NCBI GenBank assembly: GCA_030704615.1
Contig: CM060734.1
Coordinates: 4,402,001-4,466,000 of the forward strand
Length of the DNA stretch: 64,000 nucleotides
From: Takakia lepidozioides
Taxonomy: Eukaryota; Plantae; Bryophyta
Reading direction: 5' to 3'
Shown here piece by piece: positions 39,602-52,400 of the stretch. The notes beneath the pieces were generated by a model that saw only the letters and a list, made by a program, of their open reading frames with translations, searched no databases and was not told the DNA's origin. The position numbers and the translations under genes were made by a program. Every line of letters starts with the position of its first letter. Position 1 is the first letter of the stretch.

Positions 39602-40698
39602 TCACGTTGTCAATGGGACTTCGACTGCTCTCAGAACTAGCTCATGAGTCCTGGGGCTCCTCCATGTAAAGTCGATTGCAGCCGTTGTACCGCCCCTAGT
39701 GATGTTCACCACAATGTCCTGCCCTTCAATCATACCACCATCGAATATGGAAATCTTCACGTTTTCGTCGTCCACACCAATGCGAATGTCCCCATACAAT
39801 GGAGAAGAGGAGCGCACTCCTCGAGGAGAATAGGTCTCTCCGATTGAGTCCACCCACGTCCAGTGGCAGCAGTTCCACCGCAACAGCATAGCAGTGCGCC
39901 TTCTTCTGCATGGGTGACCGTCGTAGCTGGGAAAATCGGAATCGAGGATGCGCAGGAGCCACGGACTCCTCAAACCAAGATCGTCACCCCGCTCGAAGGC
40001 GTAGTGGCCTACGATATACTCAAAAGCAACCAATGTTTCCACAATCGAACCAGTATCTTCTGTGTAATCTGTGTACCAGATAACAATGTCTCCCGATGTG
40101 GCCGAATACATTGCATAATCGATGCCTCCAAAGGGGCAGTCGTCCCGGTTCCGGAAGCACGGCATCCTTGCAATGGAGGACCTGAGGACGACTTGGATGC
40201 CGATGACCTTGCGGACAGCTACGAAGCCCTTAGATTTTGGAAAAGATACGAAGCGGAAGAGCAGTCCGGCCTCCAAAATGGAGCATCTGGGTCACACGTA
40301 CCCACCGACGGAGGTGGAACGTGTTCATCACGCCAGCGGTGGATGAAGCCATACATCTTTCTCATCAACAAGTTATAGTTTGAGATCTGCCACCGAAATC
40401 CATCCCCCGGATGAAAATTCGGCGCCGCATTAACATCGAAGAGGGGATGGACTTCGTCGTGTCCAGTGGCTATCGGCCCACCTGGCAGTGACTGCCCATA
40501 GTTTGCATGGCAGGGTAGGAAACTGAAACGGCTACATTCATGCAGCAGCCAATCTTCATCGGTCCAGGATCCTGTACGGGGGAAATTTAAATGTGCCCTG
40601 GAGTGTGCCCTGGAATGTACCTCACTTCTGTATAACTGTGTTTCATTGTGTTGAATAACTCTCGGATTTGGCCCACTGTTTACAATTTGATGTCTCAT
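39602..40698 (-). CDS. Unknown cargo gene of element D (two overlapping ORFs, probable frameshift)
   Basis: ORFs 40219-40698 and 39602-40276 have globular-protein composition; AATAAA lies about 85 nt after the stop; no family recognised. Confidence 0.45.
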
Positions 40699-40792
40699 TT
40701 CTACAATTTGTCTGTCTGGTTGAATAAAGCAGAGTAACCGGTATGTGAGTCATGTGTCAAGAATATACCAGAGTAACGCCATGTCGGACATT

Positions 40793-41591
40793 GAAATGCG
40801 GCACCGCATTTCCATGTCGGCATCGAAATGCGGCGCCGCATTTCCAAGTCGGGATCGAAATGCGGCACCGCATTTCCATGTCGGACATCGAAATGCGGCA
40901 CCGCATTTCCATGTGGGACAAGAAAATGCGGTGCATCATTTCCGTCCAGGTACACGAAATACCAACACGGGTCTATAAATTGATCAGAAAACGAGGTTGG
41001 CATTGCAAATGCGGCGACGCATTTCCAGCTTGGCAATGGAAACTTCTTTTTGGACAAGGGAATGCGGTGCCGCATTTCCGTCCAACACTTCGAAAAGTGC
41101 ACCTATTTCCGACCAGCGCGATGGAATGCGTTACCGCATTTCCGAGAGAGGGTCTGCAAATTGACAAATTGCGATGTCCGTTCTGGAAATGCGGCGCCGC
41201 ATTTCCATGTCCGTCATCGACTTTTTTTTTACAATGGAATGCGGTGCCAGTTTTTGTTGATGGGTCTGCAGTTCGAACAACCACCATCCCCAATATGGAA
41301 ATGCGGCACCGCATTTCCAATCCCGCCATGTCGGCCTCCTTGTTCGACCTCCTTGTTCGACCTCTGTAAGCGTGGTGGCATCCATGCAATGAGCGGGAGA
41401 GGCCAAAACTGGCGTGTGGACAAAGGAAATTTTGGAAATGCGGCACCGCATTCCCAATTCAGATTACTTTTTACTATGCCAACATTGAAATGGAAAAATT
41501 AGTCCCTCCCCTGTTTTGGAAATGCGGTGCCGCATTTCCAAAAGAGGTTCTTAGAGTTGCCAAAATTTTGGAAATGCCCTGTCCCATTTCT
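40793..41591. repeat. Cluster of the GGAAATGCGG-NN-CCGCATTTCC palindrome (about 13 copies; the first five at 32-33 bp spacing)
   Basis: Copies near 40793, 40825, 40857, 40890, 40923, 41005, 41058, 41122, 41185, 41297, 41434 and 41518. Confidence 0.9.
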
Positions 41592-41727
41592 GATTTTGGG
41601 AGCGTCCTGGTTTGGGCGATTGTGTGGCTGGAATGCACACTGGAGAGGGGTCACGAATGTCGGGCAGAATTTTCTTTATATACTCTGGAAGAGAATTTAC
41701 ATTTACAGAGACTTCATTAAAATTCTA

Positions 41728-44700
41728 TTAATCTTGAAAATCATCGGAATCCTCATCCTGTTCTAGACTGTCCTGCTCCTCCTCCACCCCCTCAGTGCCT
41801 CTCTCATCTCCAGCGGACTGCTCGTTGGCCAGGCTTTCAAAAATCCCATCTTCCCCTTGCGGAACTGTCCATCTCACCTCCGTTGGGTCGTCCTCCTCCC
41901 TGTCTGCGTCGCTCTCATCCGCTGAATCACATATGTACTTTCGTACCCGTCTACCTGTCTGAGCTGCTGCCAACTCTTTCCTTATCCTTCTGTCCTCCCT
42001 AGCCCTCTCCAAAATCTGCTCTACTTTACTGGGATTCTCACTTCTTCTAATCGCTGTATTTGCGAGTTTAGCTGCATAACTAGGAAGGGAGTAGTCCCTC
42101 ACCGGGCTCGTCATGAAGTCGGCCCTCGCAAAGAACGGGACATTCTTCCTGGCAGGAAGTGTAGGCCCTACATGCTTGGACCCGGACCCTGCAATCCTGC
42201 ACATGACAATCATCAACGAGACTAATGAGAACCACAGTCGGGAAATTCCTTTGACATAAATGACCCAGAAGGCTTTGCAAACTTACAATGTTTGCACTCA
42301 CTCGTATTCCGGGTTCTCCTCTGCATCAATGTCCACTGTGTCTTCCTCGGACTCCGACGAATCCGAGGAGACTTCCGCTCTGTCGGGAGCCTTCACATTC
42401 CGTTGCAGCCCCTCCAGATGGGATCCCCACACGGATGAATCCTCCTCGTAGGCAAAGAGGTGCCGGTCGGAAAACCGCCCAGCCCACATTGAGGCACCTG
42501 TTACAATGCCATCCACACATTACCACATGGCCTTCAGATGTTGCGAACTACATCCTAACGAGAATTTGCAGAACAGCAGAGATCAAGATTCTGCATACCT
42601 GTCCCACAGATGAGGTCCAGCACTGTGCCCTCCACGTCTGTGCATGTCTCCATAATTGTCTGAATGAAGGCAGGGCTCCGAGTCCGTGAGTACCGCAGGG
42701 GTTCCGTTGAAGTGAGGCTATGAGGGAGAAGTTCCTTGGGAACGTTGTTGAACAGAACGTCGTAATCGAGTGGGTCGCAGTTCGGGTCAACCTTTCCTCC
42801 CTCCTTCCGGAAAGCAAAGGTGGAGTTTTCCTTCACAAAGCAGTATGCATCGAACTGCTTCGTCTGCATACACAGGGGGAAAACGATTAGAAACCGAATG
42901 CGGCACCGCATTTGAAAGCACCCAAGCAAATCAATGGACGAGTGCCAGTGTCGTAATCACCTTCTTCCCTTCCGACCGAAGGCCCAGTGTGTTGATGCAC
43001 GTCCACTTCTTTTTCAGAATCGGGACGGCGCTCTTGCGGGTCCACTTCGCAATTCCTGTCTGAGTGTTTTTTCCTCTGCTCGCCAGGACAACCACACAGC
43101 CTCTGTCGTCCAACACCATGCGGGCAAGCCCGAATCCTTTCTTCCAAAAGTCCTCCGAGTACCTGTTCCAAGATGGCAAAGCTTGCAGTCCTTCCACAGG
43201 CTCTCCGTCCGGAATATCCAAGATGATCATATCGCAAGACCACTCGGTGGCATTTCCGCCCCTCCTACAATCCTTGTCTGCACACACCCTCTCAAAGAAC
43301 GAGACCATATTCTGAAATCCTGGGGTGTCGGAAGGCTCTTCGGCAGTCGCCTTCTTCAGTGCTCTGCCCTTCAGACCCTCCATGGTCTTCGTGTATGCCT
43401 AACTTGGCTGCCCGTCCATCCAAAGCCGCCAAGAAACTCTCATTTACACACTGGACTACAGTTTCGGGAGCCACTTTCGGCCTCTTCATTTCCACCGGCT
43501 CGAAAGGGTGCCCCCCTGGGGGTTGAAGAGTGCCTTCTTTGCCGAGCCAGTTCTCGTGCCTCTCGTGACAACGGTGGGCACAGGGGAGGCAGCCTGCGTT
43601 TGGGGGGGTGGGCTGGTTGCAAAGTCTCCATCGGAGTCCTCTTCCTCACCCTCTTCCTGAACAGGCTGTTTCTGCTTCTTCGTTTTGGCGGGTGTCACAA
43701 CAGCTGCTCCTTGCTGGCGAGTCCTCTTCTTCGACCCTTCTGTTGGGCCTGCACAGCTGCATCCACCGTCTTTTGTGCCATCTCAGCTGCCTTTCTGGAT
43801 TCTTCCAGAGCAGCAGATTCCTTTGCCGACTTTGGCCCAGCAGGGACACGTCTTTCCTTTCTCTTCTCTTCTGCCAAGGCGTGCAGATCTTTCTCAGACT
43901 CGTCAACAATACCGCCAGACATGTCCAGGTACCACGGGCATCCAACGAGATGCGCGGGATGCCATTGTTTCTGCATCTCGGGTGTGTAGACACAGCTTGG
44001 GCCCGCCACGGTCCAAGCCATGAAGAACGGGGGCTCTTGAGCCAGGGCCCCTGTCTGAAGGAGCACGTATTTCATATACCTGCAAGGCAGTCAGCATGCG
44101 TGAGCAAAACTTGAGACCAACCTACTGGCAGAGTGCCACCGAAAACATAAAATGCGAATGCGGTGCCGCATTTCCGAGACAAACCTCGTAACCAGGCTTC
44201 GCATACAAGGGCAGCTGTGCTTCACCTGTAAACAATTCGCATTGCAGCTTTCCCCGCTCCCTCCTGATGTGTAAACTCCACGCTCCTTCTTGCTGTCTGT
44301 AGCTCTCTGGCGAAAAGGTTGTCCTTGTACGCACATCTGAAACGTGTCACGTAGTCTTCCAATGTCTGTGTTCCATCCCATTTGACGTACAAGCCGAACG
44401 AATTTGTGTGCATTACGACTTGCTCCTTTGCATTCGACATTACCTGCCATTCCCAAATGCATTGTCACGTAGCAGTTCAGGGAATTCATGTCAGAAAAGC
44501 AAATCTGGGGAAGTACCTTGAATTACCTGGAACCACCAAGTCATGCGGTTGAGCCACACATCCACTGCAGGGTCGGAAACTTCCAGTGGAAAAGACCACA
44601 TTGTCCTTATGCTCTCGGATGCATTCCAGATCGACAGCCACCGTGTCTGCCATTTCCGATCCAATGTCAGTGGCTGGAAGAGAGTGGCTATTGCTAGGAA

Positions 44701-46935
44701 GGAAATTCAGTGCATTGAAACCTCACCTTCTCTTTCGCCTCCACACATGCCGTTGAGAGGTGATGCAGTTTCTCCAATTGCATGGTCGGCTGCATGGCCC
44801 GAGAATAGTGTTTTGCAATCTCGGGGATGAAGTCCTTTCCAAGTGCCGGATCTGCAATTGCCACCAGCTTCACAAGCTTTGACTTGTATTTGGTTCTGGA
44901 CTTGACACCGGCTTCCTTCAAGTGCTCAGTCAATGACTGCAACGTTTTGACCTGCCCCTCACTTTCCATGAAGAAGCGTTTGGCATGGGCCAAATCCAGC
45001 TTGATGTTTGACTGCCAACAAAAACATGCAGAAGCGTTACATTCGATTCATGTGGAAACATTACTGGAAATTGGGGAAGGATGAGCAGAGGGAAATTGGA
45101 GCACGACTTACTTCGTATATCACCTCCACCATTCCATCCATAGTGAGACGATACCATGTCCGGTCTGTTTTTGCAACGGCTTTCTGAATGAGCTCCGGCT
45201 CCAGCATTTCCGCAAACATCTGCGGATCAGTAAGACCAGTTTTCCTCACCCTGTACAGCATATGTGCCATGTGGGTATGCACGTACGCATTCTCAGTGAC
45301 CCTGCAAGGCACACTCTCCAGTTCAGTACACGGAAGCACGGAATCAAACCAGAATGGAAACCGAAATGCGGCACCGCATTTCGAATGTGCTAGGGAGGGT
45401 ATGAGTATCTTACGAGTTGAGGTCCGCCATGGCATTCTTGAGGAGGGAGGAGTCTGCCGCCTTCACCTTGAGGATGACACACTCCACCATGTAATGCCAG
45501 CCAATGTGCTTGGCATGGTTCTGCTTGATGTACTCCCACCAGGCGAGAAGTCGGTGATTCCCGTCCCACACAAAGAACATTTTTCCCGACATATGGCCGA
45601 AGTCGGATCACCCTTCAGCGTCGCCTCGAATTCGTGGTTGCGAGTGTGCCAGTGGGTATCCCACGTTGACAATTCATCGGCAGTGGGTCCACGGGTTTCG
45701 CCGTCCTCATTCTCTATGGAAACGTAAAACGCTGCCGATCCCAGACGGTACCCTTCTCGAAATGCGAACTTGAGCTTATCCACATCTCCGGGAAGGGCCT
45801 GCCTGACGATGGGAAGGGAGACCATGCGACAGAGTGGGATTCGAAGAGTCCGCTGGAATACCCTGCTGCCCAGAACTCTGCCAATGCTACTGTGTGTCTC
45901 CTCCAACATTTTATCCGCTGCACTTTTGAAATCCTCCGGAGACATGTCTGTAGGTGCAGGTAGTGGCTGAGCAGGTGGAGCATCCTCAACTGGAGCTGCA
46001 CTCTGGGGCCTGTGTGCGGGCAATTCTGCCACTGCAGAGGCCTCCTCCGGGCCTGCTAGCTCATCGGTGGTGAGGTCTGCCTGCGAACGTTCAGCGGCAG
46101 CACCCTCCTCCGGTACCAAATCGAGATCAACGGTCGATCCCATTGCCTTCGCTGCAGCAGAGTCGGCCCCAACATCTGCAGCGGGAAATCCTCCAGGAAC
46201 TGAGCTTCAGCTCGTGGAAGCGGTTTTGCGGGAGATTGTTCGCCCGTCGCCCTGATTGCCTTCTGCTTCCTCATCCTTGCAGGTGAAGGTGTCTGCTGCA
46301 ATAGAATCTGTCTTCTACCCTGCTGCTTCATTCGCGTTGGGGGGGGTGAATCGGCCTGAGCCGGTTCAGAAGCCAGTAGAGGGACGGGCTGCTTCTTCTT
46401 CGACTTTGCTGGAGAAGGGCCCGACCCGTGCTGGCGATTCTCCATGATCGAAGAACGCGAGTCGATCTCCGAGACTTTGAACTTGCCCTTCGAAGACGCG
46501 TCTTTGAATCGCAGAGGGCTAGGCCCGGCAGGAGTACCCGCGCTCGGGGATCGGGTGGGTGTACGTGCTGCAGCTAGCTCCTCGGACTCTTCCAGCGGCT
46601 CTTCGGATTCCTGCGATCCCTCCAGCACGTCCACCTTTCCTGTTAGGCATGCAAACATGTTCTGCATTCAAGTCTCCTAGCATTCAGTCTAAGAATTACA
46701 GAAGCAAAATGGGGGGTTCGGTGCTCGATCAGCTGCGCGCAGCCCGATCGCATGGAGCTCTCACTGGTGGCTGGGTTGCCTGAGTGGCCTGCTGCTCGGA
46801 GATGGCAATCTCCTCCTGTAGACGCATCTGCTTCCTCCCCTTCGGCATTGGCCTACGTCCGAAGTATAATTTGCGGAGCTTGCGACGAGGTCTCCTGTCT
46901 GGTGCACGAACTCCCCCCCTCTCAGGTTCGAGCAT
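41728..46935 (-). pseudogene. Element D multi-exon ParB-like / N4C-N6A methyltransferase-like fusion gene (frameshifted; 5' end approximate)
   Basis: IPLCRMVSLPIVR, FFVWDGNHRLLAW (45551-45565), CDMIILDIPDG (43204-43218), RMVLDDRGCVVV, RSPAFIQTIMETCT...VLDLICGTG (42598-42624), RHLFAYEED and an acidic C-terminal tail; GT-AG introns. Confidence 0.82.
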
Positions 46936-47283
46936 AAGAAGAACAGAGAGAGGGAAAAGGGGCAAAGAGTGCAGATGGAAAGGGCGCGAGAGGGGTGACT
47001 GAGGAGACACGACAAAAGTAGATGAAACGGCGGTGATGCACCACTTGGGTTCGAAAGGTTGGACGAAAGTGTCTCCTCGTGGAGTTTGCGTCATTACGAA
47101 ATTCGAATCGTTGAGGGTACGCCCGCCGTCCGAAAATCAAACATCATTATCCAACGGTCAGGCCGCGCCGCCTCATGCCCCTTCAGTCAGATAGAGTGCC
47201 GACATGTGCAGCAATTCCGTTGCTCCACGTGTTCACATTTCAAGGCATTTCCGTCCCAGCGTCTGATGAGTTGGAGCGAGAAT

Positions 47284-48988
47284 GCGAATGCGGCGCCGCA
47301 TTTCCGTTAAGTACGATCACTCTGCTACACATCCGTACTTGTTGGAAGAAAATGCGGCACCGCATTTCCGTTCCACCTTCACATACCTTAGTTGTTGAAC
47401 GGAAATACGGTGCCGCATTTCCGTCCCACAGCTCCAAGTATGAGATTCAGAAGGAAATGCGGCGCCGCATTTCCGTTCCCACTTCACATACGTTAGTTGA
47501 TGAATGGAAATGCCGTGCCACATTTCCGTTCGGGAAAGTATAGAGGTCTCACCTGGACAGAAATGCGGTGTCGCATTTCCGGTCTGGAAAGGTTGAAGGT
47601 CTCACATGGATGGAAATGCGGCAACACATTTCCGTAGCACAGCTCCAGGGCCGAATATACAAAACGGAAATGCGGCGCCGCATTTCCGTTCGAGAATGTC
47701 GGAAGGTGCGACTCGAACGGAAATGCGGTGCCGCATTTCTGTACCCGTTGCGCACGATTTTCAGTCAGAATGGAAATGCGGTACCGCATTTCCGTTCTGT
47801 AGAGTATTAACGTCTGACGCTGGCGGAAATGCCTTCCCGCATTTTCGTTCCACAGCTCCATGCCTCACATACAAAACGGAAATGCGGTGCCGCATTTCCG
47901 TTTTGGAATGTCGGATGGTGGGACTCCGACGGAAATGCGGTACCGCATTTCAATTCCGATGTTTCAGGATATTTCATCAGAACGGAAATGCGGTGCCGCA
48001 TTTCCCTTTAAAATCTAATACATTCCGTTCTGGAATGTTGGGAGGTGCGACTCGGATGGAAATGCGCTGCCGCATTTCAGTTCCGATGGTTCACGATTTT
48101 CAGTCAGAACGGAAATGCGGTGCCGCATTTCCGTTCTGGCCTGATGGTAGGTGCGACTCGGATGGAAATACGTTGCCGCATTTCAGTTCCGATGGTTCAC
48201 GATTTTCAGTCAGAACGGAAATGCGGTGCCGCATTTCCGTTCTGGAATGATGGTAGGTGCGACTCGGATGGAAATACGGTGCCGCATTTCAGTTCAGATA
48301 GTTCACGATTTTCAGTCAGAACGGAAATGCGGTGCCGCATTTCCGTTCTGGATAGTGTGAATGTCTCAACCGGTCGGAATTGCGCTGTATGAAGCTGTCG
48401 GAATCTTACTCGGCTCCAGGCATCAGATACAAAATGGAAATGCGGCGCCGCATTTCCTTTATGGAATGTCGAAAAGTGCGACTTTGACGGAAATGCGGTG
48501 CCGCATTTCTGTTCCCGTTGTTCATAATTCTCAATCAGAACGGAAATGCGGTACCGCATTTCCGTTCCACCTTCACATACCGTGCTTGTTGAATGAAAAT
48601 GCGGTACCGCATTTCCGTTCTCGAGAGTATGAATGTCTTTTAAGGACGGAAATGTGCTGCAGCATTTCTATCCCTCAGCTCCATGCATCAGATACAAAAT
48701 GGAAATGCGGCGCCGCATTTCCCGTTCTGGAATGTCGAAAAGTGCGACTCGGACGGAAATGCGGTGCCGCATTTCTGTTCCCGTTGTTCATAAATCTCAA
48801 TCAGAACGGAAATGCGGTACCGCATTTCCGTTCCACCTTCACATACCGTGCTTGCTGGATGGAAATGCGTTACCGCATTTCCGTTCTGGAGAGTATAAAG
48901 GTTTCCCCCGGACGGAAACTCGGTGCCGCATTTCCGTCGCTCTGTTGCATGACCAAGATGCAATACGGAAATGCGGCGCCGTATTTCC
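47284..48988. repeat. Regularly spaced array of a 22-bp palindrome (about 32 copies, 53-bp period, 31-bp variable spacers)
   Basis: Starts at 47453, 47506, 47559, 47612 ... 48808, 48861, 48914, 48967; lies between the divergent MTase-like and transposase genes. Confidence 0.95.
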
Positions 48989-49418
48989 GTCCACCAGCAA
49001 TCGACAGAATCACTCGTGACGGGAAATCTGGAACCTCAATGGGTTGCATTGTTCCGAAACAACACAATTGCGGCCAGTCTTGATGAGCACAACTTGGTTG
49101 TTCTGACCGTTTTAACCAGCAGTCCTGGCACTTGTCAGTGCGAACGTTCCTGTCTGCACCGAGAATACTGCTGGATCCACCCTCAGGAGAAACTGTCAGG
49201 AGATGTTATTTCGTCGCCGAATCGGCCATCATTGTCCTACTCACTGGCTATGGAATCAAACCTCCCACCTTCATGCATGTAGCTTGAAACAATACTTTCC
49301 ACTTCAATGTGCGACTTCCAATTGTCGATGGACTCCGCAGATCCACTTAGATGGTGCCTGTGAGCCTTGGTCTGTCGCTATACTGAACCTCGCACTTGCC
49401 AACTCCGTGCGGTGTTCG

Positions 49419-52400
49419 ATGGCTCCGAATTCCTACGCTATAGTTTGCTGTCCTCCGCAACTTGGGAGAGCCTGGATCCCAAACGAGGGAGGACTTTGCA
49501 GAGTGACTGAAACTTACCTTTGTTCCAAATTCAAGCTCAAACCGGGCACAGTTTATTTGGAAGAAGAAAGGAAGGATGTTCCTGGACAGGTTGACGAGAC
49601 CATTGTCGTGCTAGGTAACGACGGAGGTTGCGGAATCGAATGGCACGTTCCCCCGTCAGACACCATCCTGTACCGAGCTGTGGGAATGCCCATTCCCTTT
49701 CCGAATCAGTCGCTGCCCACACCATCCACAAAGGAGTCCGGAAACCGAGAGGCGGCCACTGCCAACAGAGAGGTATGCAACGATAATCATTCCCGACCTG
49801 GACCGTCAAGACCCTCCATAGCTTCTCGTGTGGACGTATTCGACATTTCCGACGAGGAAGATGATTGCATTGAGGTACCCATGTCCTCCACACGGTCGTT
49901 CAAATCCGCCATGGACGTCTCTGTAGGTGCTACGCATGTGCCCTCGAGCATAACTCCAACCCGGTCCATTGTGCAGCTCCTACGACAACATCACCTCGAT
50001 GGTTCTCGCTCCGAGCTGGCTGCTCTCGACTATGCCAAATTCCCAGTCAGAAAGGTAACTTTTCTGCCTCCCGAAGTCGATGGCAATGTCATCTTCGAGT
50101 TTCCACCTGTTTCTTCGTCAAAGAAAGCCTCCGGGATGTTAACAGACATGGATCGAAAGCATGACGGACACCCCTGGTGTGTGACGAAGACCAGTAGCAC
50201 GAAAATTGCTGATGGTGTTCGTGTACGATATGTCCTCTGTGCGGGGAAGCTGAGGTGCCTCAATCCCACCTGCTTCCACTTTCTCTCCAAAGGAGGGCGG
50301 AGAAACGAGACGGATTGGACTGGCACAACGCATCATCCATTCATTGTCTCCAGCCAAGCTCCTGCGGGTTCTTTCAAGTGTGCACATTGCAAAGAACCAC
50401 CGACGTGCATGTCCATGTGCAGAGCCAAGCAATATTACGTAATCCATTTGCTCCCGGACTTGACTAGAGCTTGCATACACGTTGGGGTCCACTGCCACCC
50501 CTTGGCGAGAGGCAACATGCGTGAGGCTGTGCAGGAAGCACACGACATCATAAAAGAGGAGGTGAAATTGAGCCCCGGAGCCAGACCAAAGCAGATTCAG
50601 CTGAAGGCAGCCCACAAGATTGCTCTTGGCAAAATCATGTCTGAAGATGGTTCCGACCGAGAGCCCTTGACCGAAGACGAGATGCGTGACCTCTTGGAGT
50701 CCGTCTCGCACGTTTGTAGTCCGAATGTGCGGAATCACATCGTATCTTGCAAGCAGGAGTTCGGCAGGGGGTCGGACATGTACTCAATCCTGGAGGTGAA
50801 ACGAATGACTGGATATGACTACATCCAAGGTAGCAGGTTTCCAGGGCAAGGCAGCGAATCCGATCGTTGTTACATTTTCAAAATGTCGACGTGTGGGCCT
50901 GGGAGTGGAGTCGACTTGGTCACTCGCATGACAACTGGAAACTTGTCGAATGCTTGGGTGATGTTTGATCACATCAAGCGAATTACAAACCATCAGTGGG
51001 TGACTATGGGTGCGCATGTTTATGACTATCACTCCAAGAGGCTCATGACGATTGCAATCTGCGAGATGAAAGGGGAGGACACACAGTCCGAGATGCATCT
51101 GTGGGAGGGCATAAACCAGCAGATGGCAAGGGCGGGATTGCCAGAGCCCAATTTCAGGGGATTCATGGCAGACAACGCTCAGGCCAACTGGGCAGCGGTG
51201 CGGCGTGTGTACGGTGAGGACCCCAATGTTCCAATGGAGGGGAAAGAGAGATCCTGTGGATTCCATTGGATGCAGAGTCTATCCCACTACACTACCAAAT
51301 TTGTTGCTACCTCATTCCAGGCTGAACACCGTGTCCTTTGTACGGCGTGGAAGGATGCACCCACATTTGATGACGCGGAGGTTAAGTTTGCTATCATCGA
51401 GGCTTGGTGGAACACGTCAGGTGCAGTGGAGACAACCAATCTGGGAGCATTGCACAGCTGGTTGGGGTGGTGGCATTTTCGGTATCGACAGTTCGGACAG
51501 TACATGCGGGAGGTAGGCTGCTGTCATTTTCGTTCATTTGTCTTTCTGTTACGGACATTTCGATTGGTCCCTCACCGTTGTTTGTGTCCTTCTAGGAGCG
51601 GTGCTTGGATTCCGACACGGACATGCCGAACACGAATATGGCAGAATCGGTCCACTCCTCCTGGCGAGCGTCTTCTGCCGCACATCTGGTGGACGTAGTC
51701 ACGGCCACAACGGAGGACATCGACAGAGCAATCATGCAGCAAGCCACGTACTACAAGTTCCTGAGCGGCAAACAATGGGGCTTTGGGCCGGACAGGGAGG
51801 AATTGTTGGTACGAACAGCTTCGAGGTCCAAGAATCCAGTGAAATGGGCGACAGCATTGCGAGAGAAGATCAAAGGGACGCCTCTGCACCGCAGAGGTGA
51901 ACACCTAGAGGGGGACGTCCGGACTCGCCCTGTCAGGCGGAGGATTGAAGAGGAACCCGGGTGCGAAGAGGATTCCTGGAGATCCGACAGGAACATTCGG
52001 ACAGCACCTCGAGGTCCCGTCATGTTGCCGCACAATGTGTCTTCCAGCAGTGGAAGCCCAAGAAATTCCAGATCGCCGTCGCCTTCAACCGGGGATTTCG
52101 TGCAACAAATTCCCACCGCTCCCTTGCCCCACATTCCGCCCGCTGTTATGCAGTATGGCCAACCATTGTGGAGACGACTGTGTCTGCCTCACAGTGGAGA
52201 ATTGCTCGCACAAAGCCGTCGTTTCGAGGAAGGTGTTCCGCAATTCGTGTGGATACACGGCAACGTTGTTTAGAGATGATAAGGAGGAATCCAGATGGGC
52301 TGTCCCTGCTCCTACTTTTACAGGAAGATTTGTCCATGCAAAGTTTGCGGAGGCGACAACCACCCAGTTCTGGTTCTGCAGGCACGACATTATGACTTGC

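Noticed and set aside
42934-43989. 351-aa plus-strand ORF
   Set aside because: Antisense shadow of the minus-strand MTase-like exons; no recognisable motifs.
34675-46935. Bacterial or phage contamination explaining the ParB/MTase motifs
   Set aside because: The genes have GT-AG introns at shared positions and lie within TSD-bounded elements nested in plant sequence.
47284-48988. CRISPR array
   Set aside because: Spacers recur as a few related types, repeats are degenerate, there are no cas genes or leader, and the context is a eukaryotic transposon.
47175-49083. ORFs with repeated GNAAPHF / EMRCRIS / KCGAAF peptides (also 40701-41502)
   Set aside because: They are translations of the palindrome in all six frames, not genes.
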